Shown in pieces: positions 6,196-13,966 of a DNA stretch of 32,000 nucleotides; the stretch's first letter is position 1, and each line of letters opens with the position of its first letter. Where the stretch lies: the NCBI GenBank assembly GCA_041649575.1, contig JBAZMW010000003.1:1-32000 (forward strand). The letters run 5' to 3'. This stretch comes from Patescibacteria group bacterium. Its GTDB lineage: Bacteria; Patescibacteriota; Patescibacteriia; 2-01-FULL-39-33. Under the pieces are notes generated by a model. That model was given only the letters and a program-made list of their open reading frames with translations, searched no databases and had not been told where the DNA came from. Position numbers and translations under genes: made by a program.

Positions 6196-6205
6196 ACTGA
6201 AATGT

Positions 6206-6628
6206 ATGGCAAAAAAAATAAAAACCATCATAAAACTACAGATTAAAGCGGGCGCGGCCAATCCGGCGCCTCCGGTTGGTCCGGCCTTGGGTCAGCACGG
6301 TCTAAACATCGCTGAATTCTGTCAGAAGTTTAATGCCGCCACTCAAGACAAGGCCGGCGATATTATACCGGCAGAAATCACGGTTTATGAAGACCGTACT
6401 TACAGCTTTGTCTTGAAGACGCCTCCAGCCGCCGAATTAATCAAAAAAGCCGCTAGCATTCCCAAAGGATCGGGCAAGCCGCTCAAGGAAAAAGTTGGCT
6501 CGATTACCAAGGCACAGTTAGAGCAGATTGCCAAGACCAAAATGCCTGATCTAAATACCCAGGATCTGGAAGCGGCTTGCAAAATTATTGCCGGTACTTG
6601 CAGGCAAATGGGCGTAGAGATTAAATAA
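6206..6628 (+). CDS. rplK: 50S ribosomal protein L11
   Basis: [26 protein letters not shown] hallmark. Confidence 0.97.
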   Translation: MAKKIKTIIKLQIKAGAANPAPPVGPALGQHGLNIAEFCQKFNAATQDKAGDIIPAEITVYEDRTYSFVLKTPPAAELIKKAASIPKGSGKPLKEKVGSITKAQLEQIAKTKMPDLNTQDLEAACKIIAGTCRQMGVEIK

Positions 6629-6636
6629 TTTAACAA

Positions 6637-6711
6637 CGGATAACTATTGATCGATTACCGCTAATTGTGAATTGACTAAGAAACTATCGGTTATCGGTAA
6701 GCGGTAACCTT
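6637..6711. repeat. Two blocks of CCGATAA-type heptads in opposite orientation in the rplK-rplA spacer
   Basis: 6637-6664 reads cggataa ctattga tcgatta ccgctaa. 6684-6711 reads ctatcgg ttatcgg taagcgg taacctt. Confidence 0.6.
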
Positions 6712-6773
6712 CTAGCAAGTGGCAGAATCCCCTAGTCCGGGACTCGTTACGACCACTACAAAAATAAACAGCT

Positions 6774-7475
6774 ATGAAAAAAGTTGACCATCCAAAATCC
6801 AAAAGATTGAAGGAAGTGGAAAAATTAATTGATTTCAAAAAAATTTATCCTCTGGCCGAGGCGATCGATTTGGTCAAGAAGACCTCTACCGTCAAATTTG
6901 ACGCGGGCATTGAGGCTCACATCAACCTGGGCATCAATACTAAAAAAAGCGACCAACAAGTAAGAAGCACGGTTATTTTGCCTCATGGCAACGGCAAGGT
7001 CGTTAAGGTGGCGGTAGTGGCCACTAGCGGCGACCAACAAAAAGCCGCCAAAGAGGCCGGCGCCGACTTAATCGGCGAAAAAGATTTGATCGAGGACATC
7101 CAAAAAGGTAAGCTTGATTTTGATATTTTGGTGGCCACGCCTGATGCCATGAAAATGCTGGGCCTGGTGGCCAAAATTTTGGGTCCGAAAGGGCTGATGC
7201 CCAACCCTAAAGACGGCACTGTCGCTCAAAATGTGGGTGAGGCGGTCGCCAACCTGAAAAAGGGCAAGGTGAGCTTCAAAAACGACGACAGCGGCAACTT
7301 GCATGTGCTAATAGGCAAAATCTCTTTTGACAACGATAAGCTGACCGAAAATTTTAACGCCCTGGTAGAAAGCATCCGAAAAGCCAAACCGGCCGGCGCC
7401 AAGGGCAGCTATATCAAAAGCGTCAGTCTTTGCAGCTCGATGGGCCCGGGAGTTAAAGTGGCATACAGCGTATAG
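6774..7475 (+). CDS. rplA: 50S ribosomal protein L1
   Basis: KFDAGIEAHINLGI...VILPHGNGK, and position after rplK. Confidence 0.95.
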   Translation: MKKVDHPKSKRLKEVEKLIDFKKIYPLAEAIDLVKKTSTVKFDAGIEAHINLGINTKKSDQQVRSTVILPHGNGKVVKVAVVATSGDQQKAAKEAGADLIGEKDLIEDIQKGKLDFDILVATPDAMKMLGLVAKILGPKGLMPNPKDGTVAQNVGEAVANLKKGKVSFKNDDSGNLHVLIGKISFDNDKLTENFNALVESIRKAKPAGAKGSYIKSVSLCSSMGPGVKVAYSV

Positions 7476-7497
7476 CTGGTGGCTAATGGCTTATAGA
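7470..7497 (+). repeat. Four N-NNTRGC heptads overlapping the rplA stop codon
   Basis: gTATAGC tGGTGGC tAATGGC tTATAGa. Confidence 0.55.
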
Positions 7498-7513
7498 AAA
7501 ATTTGAGTTTTAT

Positions 7514-7542
7514 AAAACCCCCGCCAGTTGGCGGGGGTTTTT
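7514..7542. terminator. Bidirectional Rho-independent terminator between rplA and the convergent surface-protein gene
   Basis: AAAA-CCCCCGCC-AGTT-GGCGGGGG-TTTTT. Confidence 0.85.
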
Positions 7543-7555
7543 GTTCTCTAATTTT

Positions 7556-9037
7556 TTAACGAATATATCTATAGCTCAAAGATATTGGTGTTTTAGGAGT
7601 CACATCTATAAAATAGCCAATGTTTTGATCTATGGCCTGAATAGAATTACCATCAATGGAAAAATAAACATCGGACTCAGACGCATTGCTGGGTATATCA
7701 CAAATTATAGAATACTTATTTGTGCCGGTCTCCATTTGAACAGGAGTTGTCACTAAAAAGTAAGTTGTTTGACCGGGCGTAATAATAGCATTCTCAAAAT
7801 AGCCAGCGACGGGATTGCCATTTTTGTCTACAATTTTTTTAAGATTTATGGTTGAGGTGCCGTTGGTGCCATTAAATTTTACCGGTATTTTTTGAACCTT
7901 AATTGTATCCAGCCCTTTCTTTACAAAAATAAACGAACCCATATTAGCATTAATGGTGCCTGGCTTTATGGTTTGAGGAACATCAGCTGAATCCTTCTCA
8001 ATGCTTAGAGAACCACTAAGAAATGTTTGGGTGTTCAAATTAACAATTCCAGAAGCTGGAAAAAAGCTTATTGCCCGCCCGGAAATAGCATCGGTTGCCA
8101 AGATGGGCATTGAAAAGACTAAACGCATAGTCTGACCACTAACGGAATTTAAAACATCTGCCTTTATAATATACTTATTAACCCCAAACTTAGCCGTAAG
8201 TGGTGTGTCGAGTTTGAGTGCTGGAGTTAAGGGAGTAGTGGTGGTGTCCAGGATGAGTCTCGAAAGCATTCTACCGTCATCACTGAAAAGCTTGAAGTTG
8301 CTAAAATTATTGCTATTAATACCGCTTATTGGTGACCCCTGAACATACAAAGGCAATTTGTTTATAACTATATCATTATCATTTCTAACAATAAAATTAA
8401 AAGAACCAATTCCTACGTTAGATGTACCCACCTGAATGATTCCTGCTAGTACTATTTCACTTTTTTCTAAATTAACAGATCCCGCTGACAAATTTATGCA
8501 CGCCCCATCGCTACACCCATCAGGACATTTATAGAGCCAGTTGCTAACTGTGGGGGTGACGCCAGCTGAATTTTTTACAAACCCTTCCTGCAGACGGCAG
8601 TTCCTGTCAGTTTTACTGCAAGAAGCGACTGGCGTCGACTTGCAGGAAGTGCCACTGCAAACGTCAATTAGACATTTATCCTCATAGGCCGTGCGACTAC
8701 CGCCTCTGACGCAGTCGGCTGTGCTCTTATTATAAATATCAAAAAATTTAACGTTACCAAGGCCGCCGGTACTAGCATTAAAAGATGAGAGATAGGGAAT
8801 GGTAGAGATGGTGACATTATTATGCATTTCATTACTATTACTCTCTGAACAGGTCCAGGTAGAACCGGGCAGGGTGACCACCCCCGGCATGCCACCGGTG
8901 ATTATCTTAAAAATAAAAACGGCAATAACTGCCGCTGAACTGACTGTTAGTAGACCCATTAACACGCCCGGGTAGACCTTGACCTGGGATTTGGTAAGAG
9001 TTTGCATCTGCCTGGAGGCAGGGATAGCTTTGGCCAT
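7556..9037 (-). CDS. Large membrane-anchored/secreted protein (493 aa) with a Cys-rich module and repeated beta-rich domains
   Basis: N-terminal TM (GVLMGLLTVSSAAVIAVFIF), a multi-Cys segment, then two similar Ser/Thr/Asn/Gly-rich segments. Confidence 0.75.
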   Translation of the reverse strand: MAKAIPASRQMQTLTKSQVKVYPGVLMGLLTVSSAAVIAVFIFKIITGGMPGVVTLPGSTWTCSESNSNEMHNNVTISTIPYLSSFNASTGGLGNVKFFDIYNKSTADCVRGGSRTAYEDKCLIDVCSGTSCKSTPVASCSKTDRNCRLQEGFVKNSAGVTPTVSNWLYKCPDGCSDGACINLSAGSVNLEKSEIVLAGIIQVGTSNVGIGSFNFIVRNDNDIVINKLPLYVQGSPISGINSNNFSNFKLFSDDGRMLSRLILDTTTTPLTPALKLDTPLTAKFGVNKYIIKADVLNSVSGQTMRLVFSMPILATDAISGRAISFFPASGIVNLNTQTFLSGSLSIEKDSADVPQTIKPGTINANMGSFIFVKKGLDTIKVQKIPVKFNGTNGTSTINLKKIVDKNGNPVAGYFENAIITPGQTTYFLVTTPVQMETGTNKYSIICDIPSNASESDVYFSIDGNSIQAIDQNIGYFIDVTPKTPISLSYRYIR

Positions 9038-9119
9038 AAATTTAGTTTAGATTTTTTTGATGAAAATTAAGTATTGTTTTAATTATACCACTTTTTGCAC
9101 CGCTTTAGCTATAAAATAG

Positions 9120-9128
9120 TTATCCACA
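9120..9128 (+). promoter_or_regulatory. Isolated perfect DnaA-box consensus
   Basis: TTATCCACA in the 235-bp divergent intergenic region 9038-9272. Confidence 0.3.
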
Positions 9129-9272
9129 ACTAAATTGTCAAACAACCCGGCCGTGTTGCTTAACAAAAAGACATCTTGCACAAATCAATCCCTTTAACCC
9201 AAAAACGGATTGGCTATTTATGAGCTTTTCCGCTATAATAGAAGTGTTTTAAAAAACCAAATTTAAAAAACC

Positions 9273-10265
9273 ATGCCTTTAACCCTTTTGCCGGATCAGC
9301 AGAAATTAATAGCCAGAGAAAGAAAAAAATATCTTTGGTTTTTTTTGACCCCGCTGGCTCTGCTGATTCTGGATTTTATTTTATACAGTCTCCTTGCCTT
9401 GCTGTTTTCCAAAATCAACCCGGGCCAGGTGGCGGTGGTAATTAACGCCATTTTGGGTTTAGTTGGCGTTCTAGCCGTTGTTTTAATTATTGTATTCGCT
9501 ATCACGGGAATAATCGGTTATCTGACTTTCAAATATAGAATATTTAGAATATTGGAAAAAACTGAATATCAAAATCTGCCGCTAGAACAGATCGTCTTTA
9601 TCCTCCGCCCCAGTCTAGCGGCATTACTGGTTAGCCCGGTTTTTACTCTGGGCAATAAACTCTGTCTTTGGTCGATAATTCCGGTGATTTCTTGGCTGAT
9701 CGGCATTGTTTCCGTTTTTTATTCCAACCAGGTGATTTCCGTCATCATGCTGATCTTAGGATTAATCACTCTGGTCATCTCTCTTATCTTAACTGCCAGA
9801 GGCCGCGAATGGGCCTGGCGGAGGGAGCCTGCTCAAAACTTTAATCTTTTCAAAAAAAGACAGCGTCTTGTTAATATCGTGGCTCTTATCGTTCTGGTAC
9901 TGATGATAGTTACCGAACTGGTAGTGTTTATAGCAAATTTCAATCGCCAAACACTGGAACTCCAAAAAAACATGGCCAACGTCAGTGATGTCAATAATGT
10001 CGGCCAGGAAGAAAATATCGACGCTTTCCTAAAAATTTTCGAACTTAGGGGCATAAAAGTGACAGACCGAGAGCTCTTTAAGCAAGCGATGAACCAGGGT
10101 CTTAGCGACGGCGGCATACTAAAAGATATCGATCTGGAAAAACTGAAGAATCCCGATTTTCTTTTGGGTTATGGGGTGGGCTATGCCGCAGGCTGCCTGA
10201 AAGCCAAAGGTGATGAAAATTTTTGCCAAGATTTCATTAAAGAAAAAACCAAAGACTTGAAATAA
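9273..10265 (+). CDS. Polytopic membrane protein with soluble C-terminal domain (330 aa)
   Basis: Multiple hydrophobic helices. No family recognised. Confidence 0.7.
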   Translation: MPLTLLPDQQKLIARERKKYLWFFLTPLALLILDFILYSLLALLFSKINPGQVAVVINAILGLVGVLAVVLIIVFAITGIIGYLTFKYRIFRILEKTEYQNLPLEQIVFILRPSLAALLVSPVFTLGNKLCLWSIIPVISWLIGIVSVFYSNQVISVIMLILGLITLVISLILTARGREWAWRREPAQNFNLFKKRQRLVNIVALIVLVLMIVTELVVFIANFNRQTLELQKNMANVSDVNNVGQEENIDAFLKIFELRGIKVTDRELFKQAMNQGLSDGGILKDIDLEKLKNPDFLLGYGVGYAAGCLKAKGDENFCQDFIKEKTKDLK

Positions 10266-10323
10266 CAATACGCCGGACGAAAAAATAAAAGAATATTCCC
10301 GACCCTCTTGGGACAAATATTTT

Positions 10324-10770
10324 ATGGAAATCGCCAGACAGGTGGCCTTAAGGGCAACCTGCGACCGCGGCCGCAGCGGCTGTGTGATTGTCAAAGACCG
10401 CCACATTTTGACGACCGGCTATGTTGGCTCGCCGGTGGGACTGGAACATTGCGATGACGTTGGCCACCAGATGCATTCAGTTGTCAGTGAAGACGGCTCC
10501 AGCTCGCAACATTGCATTCGAACAGTGCATGCCGAACAAAACGCCATTTGTTGGGCGGCGCGACTGGGCATTCCTCTGGAAGGAGCGACTCTCTATTGCA
10601 AAATGACTCCCTGCTATGTCTGCGCTAAAACGATTATTAATGTGGGCATTAAACGAGTGGTTTGCGATAAGGATTATCACGTCGCCGACCTGTCCAAAAA
10701 AATCTTCGGCCAAGCAGGTATAAAACTGGATATTTTGAATCAGGAGGTAGAACAATATGAAAAACAATAA
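10324..10770 (+). CDS. Deoxycytidylate (dCMP) deaminase family protein
   Basis: Zinc-binding motifs VHAEQNAI and PCYVCAK (H-A-E ... P-C-x-x-C), with typical size. Confidence 0.85.
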   Translation: MEIARQVALRATCDRGRSGCVIVKDRHILTTGYVGSPVGLEHCDDVGHQMHSVVSEDGSSSQHCIRTVHAEQNAICWAARLGIPLEGATLYCKMTPCYVCAKTIINVGIKRVVCDKDYHVADLSKKIFGQAGIKLDILNQEVEQYEKQ

Positions 10771-11329
10771 AATAGTTTTGGGGCTGGCCGGAGAAATCGC
10801 CTCTGGCAAGGACACAGTGGCCCAATACTTGGAAAAAACGCATCGGGGAGGCACCATTAGCTTTTCCCGGCCCTTGAGAGATATTTTGGATCGGCTGGCG
10901 CTGCCGCAAACACGCGAAAACATGGCTTGGCTGGGCACCGACCTAAGAGCGAAGTTCGGCCAGGATCTTTTGGCTAAAGCGATTACCGCCGAAGTGCAAA
11001 AAAGCAAAAAAAGAATTATTACTCTGCCCAATGTGCGGCTGGAGTCGGATATAAAATACTTAAAAAAATTGCCTGGCTTCCACCTGGTTCGCCTAGACGC
11101 CGACACAAAAATCCGCTACCAACGCCTGTTAAAAAGAGGGCAAAATCCGGACGATAAGACTAAAACCTGGCAACAGTTTCTGAAAGATTCAAAATTGCCG
11201 ACGGAACTCGCTATTAGAAAAGTGGCCAAGAAAGCCAAATACCGATTAGATAACAACGGCGATTTTAAAAACCTATACCGACAAATTGAGAAACTGCTGA
11301 AAACTTTAAAACTTAAAACTAAGAACTGA
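10757..11329 (+). CDS. P-loop nucleotide kinase (dNMP-kinase / dephospho-CoA-kinase-like)
   Basis: N-terminal GLAGEIASGKDT P-loop. The SGKDT form recalls the phage-type dNMP kinase family. Overlaps the upstream gene by 14 nt. Confidence 0.6.
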   Translation: MKNNKIVLGLAGEIASGKDTVAQYLEKTHRGGTISFSRPLRDILDRLALPQTRENMAWLGTDLRAKFGQDLLAKAITAEVQKSKKRIITLPNVRLESDIKYLKKLPGFHLVRLDADTKIRYQRLLKRGQNPDDKTKTWQQFLKDSKLPTELAIRKVAKKAKYRLDNNGDFKNLYRQIEKLLKTLKLKTKN

Positions 11330-11352
11330 GTTTTCAAGAAGTCTGTCTTTAT

Positions 11353-11970
11353 ATGTTTAAAAACAAATATCCCGGCAAATTCATCGCTATTGAAGGCACC
11401 GATGGCAGTGGCAAGTCCACGCAAGTCTTTAAGTTAAAAGAATATTTCAAAATTCAGCATATCCCCTGCTATCTGACCCAGGAGCCGACCAGTAGTATTA
11501 TTGGCGGCATCATCCGAGGCCGGCTTACGGGCGATTGGCAGACTGTCAGCCCGACATCGCTACAGCTCCTGTTTGCCGCCGACCGAGCCAACCATTTGGA
11601 ATATGAGATTGTGCCACAACTGGAGAAGGGGGTTAATGTCATTACTGACCGTTATTTTCTTTCTTCACTGGCTTATGGCTCCATAGACATAAAAGATGAA
11701 AGCTGGCTAATGAGAGTTAATGATCTTTTTTTGATTCCTGATTTGACTGTCATTTTAAAAACTTCAATTAAAACGGCCATTAAAAGAATGAGGGAATCTG
11801 ATTTAAAATTAGAATTATTCGATGATGAAAAAACCATAGAAAAAGTTTGGCAAACCTATGAAATGATTTCTAAAAAATATCCCAACATAAAAGTGATTGA
11901 CGGCGATCAGGAAGAGGATGCGGTATTTAAAGAAATAAGAGAAACTCTTGAAAATTTACTATTAAAATAG
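11353..11970 (+). CDS. tmk: Thymidylate kinase
   Basis: IAIEGTDGSGKSTQ P-loop, FAADRANH, and DRYFLSSLAYG. Confidence 0.9.
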   Translation: MFKNKYPGKFIAIEGTDGSGKSTQVFKLKEYFKIQHIPCYLTQEPTSSIIGGIIRGRLTGDWQTVSPTSLQLLFAADRANHLEYEIVPQLEKGVNVITDRYFLSSLAYGSIDIKDESWLMRVNDLFLIPDLTVILKTSIKTAIKRMRESDLKLELFDDEKTIEKVWQTYEMISKKYPNIKVIDGDQEEDAVFKEIRETLENLLLK

Positions 11971-12028
11971 AGCTGCTTAAGACTAACCTTAATTCCTCCG
12001 CTAAGGGATTTTTTATTTTGGCAAAAAT

Positions 12029-12057
12029 TTGACTTTGAGCGGAGCTACTGCTAAATT
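12029..12057 (+). promoter_or_regulatory. Candidate sigma-70-type promoter for the islet
   Basis: TTGACT, 17 nt, TAAATT. Confidence 0.35.
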
Positions 12058-12096
12058 TGAGGTGCGATCTCGAACCTTAACATGGAGGAATTTAAG

Positions 12097-12783
12097 ATGA
12101 AAAAAGACGGTGGCAAGTTGCTAGTCTTGGAGGGCGGCGACGGCAGCGGCAAAGCCACCCAGACCAGGATGCTGGTTGAACGACTGCGGCGGCAAGGGCG
12201 GGATGTTTTCACGCTTGATTTTCCACGCTACGACGAGACTTTCGGCGGGAAAATAGCTCGGGCTTACCTCGATGGCCAATTCGGTGACCCCAAGAACATT
12301 GATCCCTACTTGGCGTCTATTCCCTACGCCATGGACCGCTATGAGAGCCTGCCCGCCTTACACGCCCAGCTTAACAAAGGTGGCTTGGTGGTAGTTGACC
12401 GCTTCCACACAGCCAACTTCATCCATCAGGGAGCCAAGATGGGCATCTCTGAAGACGGCCAGCTCAATGAGCCAGCCCTTCACGACCTGGTGTCCTTCTT
12501 GCAGCGACTGGAATTCGAGCTGCTCGGGATTCCCCAGCCGGATCTGGTGCTCTATCTGCACGTGGCACCACCAGTCGCGCAAACACTCATGGATAGTCAG
12601 GGCCGAGTCAAGGACGGACACGAGAAAGACGTGGCCTATGCCAAGAAGGTGGAACGAGTGGCCTTGTGGGCCTGTGAAGCCCTGGGCTGGAAACTGATTG
12701 AGTGCTGCCCGGACGAACAGACCATTCTGTCGCCGGAAGCAGTGAGTGACCTGATCTGGAACGAAGTAGAACGAGCAATATAG
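12097..12783 (+). CDS. Second thymidylate-kinase-family protein (GC-rich paralogue)
   Basis: LVLEGGDGSGKATQ P-loop and VVDRFHTANFIHQG (DRY-like). GGAGGA lies 7 nt before the ATG at 12097. An alternative start is 12082. Confidence 0.8.
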   Translation: MKKDGGKLLVLEGGDGSGKATQTRMLVERLRRQGRDVFTLDFPRYDETFGGKIARAYLDGQFGDPKNIDPYLASIPYAMDRYESLPALHAQLNKGGLVVVDRFHTANFIHQGAKMGISEDGQLNEPALHDLVSFLQRLEFELLGIPQPDLVLYLHVAPPVAQTLMDSQGRVKDGHEKDVAYAKKVERVALWACEALGWKLIECCPDEQTILSPEAVSDLIWNEVERAI

Positions 12784-12795
12784 GAGAAATGTCAG

Positions 12796-13788
12796 ATGAA
12801 TCAACACAAAGCGCTACCCACCCTGCATGTAGTCGGTGAAAGCATCCCGCAGGCCTATTTCCGAGCCATCAAGGCGGTTTGGGAACAAGGTCTGGCAATG
12901 AGAACCCAGTACGACCGCAAGAACGACGCTGGCGAATTCATTGACCCGCCCAGCCGCGACGCCCGTATGCTGATCGAAATCAAAGACCCGTTCGCTCAGC
13001 CGCGATTTCCGCCCATCTCCTTCTGTGAGATCGGTGTCTATATAGCCGAAATTCTGGGCGTCAAGAACCACCGCGTCCTGCCGATGTCCGTCCTGCTGGA
13101 TATGATCGACGGCCGGCCAGTACCGGAAGAACTGCGCAACCACTGGCCTTACACCTACCACCAGCGCCTGACAGCGCACCCGGAAAGCGACGGCCGAGTC
13201 GTCAATCAACTGAATATTGCTATCGGTGACGTGGCAAAAGTGCCGTACACGCGCCGTGCCATGTGCACTACGTCCGTACCCAACATCGATCCATTCTTGA
13301 AGGAAGACGTCCCTTGTCTACGCGAGCTGCAACTACGCTGCGTGGAGCAAGACGACGGCTTGCTCCTGCTCTGCCCGACCACCACCTGGCGCAGTCGCGA
13401 CCTGTACAAGGCCTGGGGCGATAATGTCATCGCCATTACCTTCTTGTTGCAGACAGTCGCCAAGGAAATCGCCCAGCGCAGTGGTCGCCGGGTGAAACTC
13501 GGTAGCTATGCCGACTTCAGCATGTCGCTACACATCTACGGCCAGGACTTTGGCGCGGTCGGCGGAGACCAGACACGCGGCATCCAAAGCTTCTTCGATA
13601 CCTTCGACGAAAAGGCGTTCATCGCCAGGTCGCTGACCAGCGAGATGGCCACGGAAATGCTGGTATTGCCACAACTGCAAGAGCTGCTGACTCCCGGGAA
13701 ACAGCAGGAGTGGGGTTTCCCGAAAAGCGCGGCCAAAGGCATCCAATCGCTCATCGACGAAATCAAGAGTGGCACATTGTTGGCCTAA
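12796..13788 (+). CDS. ThyA / dCMP-hydroxymethylase superfamily pyrimidine-C5 transferase (330 aa)
   Basis: By-eye alignment. TRRAM matches sRRii. VPCLRELQL matches PCHaffQF, keeping the catalytic Cys and the Cys-to-Gln spacing. WRSRDLYKAWGDN matches RSxDxxxGxPFN. SLHIYGQDF matches the phage HMase SLHVYSRHF. AGGAGA lies 8 nt upstream of the start. Confidence 0.7.
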   Translation: MNQHKALPTLHVVGESIPQAYFRAIKAVWEQGLAMRTQYDRKNDAGEFIDPPSRDARMLIEIKDPFAQPRFPPISFCEIGVYIAEILGVKNHRVLPMSVLLDMIDGRPVPEELRNHWPYTYHQRLTAHPESDGRVVNQLNIAIGDVAKVPYTRRAMCTTSVPNIDPFLKEDVPCLRELQLRCVEQDDGLLLLCPTTTWRSRDLYKAWGDNVIAITFLLQTVAKEIAQRSGRRVKLGSYADFSMSLHIYGQDFGAVGGDQTRGIQSFFDTFDEKAFIARSLTSEMATEMLVLPQLQELLTPGKQQEWGFPKSAAKGIQSLIDEIKSGTLLA

Positions 13789-13812
13789 CCTGATTCCGCC
13801 AAGAATCACATT

Positions 13813-13851
13813 CTCGCCTCTGAGGATACCAACCAAGGAGGCGAGTTTTTG
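13813..13851 (+). terminator. Rho-independent terminator after the thyA-like gene
   Basis: CTCGCCTC ... GAGGCGAG followed by TTTTT. Confidence 0.75.
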
Positions 13852-13855
13852 TTGT

Positions 13856-13885
13856 TTGACAAGGTTTGAGCTTTTTTGATAAAAT
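13856..13885 (+). promoter_or_regulatory. Candidate promoter of the dnaA gene
   Basis: TTGACA, 18 nt, TAAAAT. A DnaA-box-like TTATCAACA lies at 13931-13939, between the promoter and the start codon. Confidence 0.5.
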
Positions 13886-13966
13886 AATGTGTTGTACCTT
13901 GGTACGTTAACAGAGAGAGAAGTAAAGAGATTATCAACAACCGCGCTAAGCGGAAGGAGAATGGCC

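Noticed and set aside
12040-12081. tRNA-like string GGTGCGATCTCGAACC (reverse complement GGTTCGAGATCGCACC) at the left edge of islet 1, considered as a possible tRNA-fragment attachment site
   Set aside because: No proper T-arm (GGTTCGAATCC-type with a 5-bp stem), acceptor stem or CCA context can be drawn on either strand.
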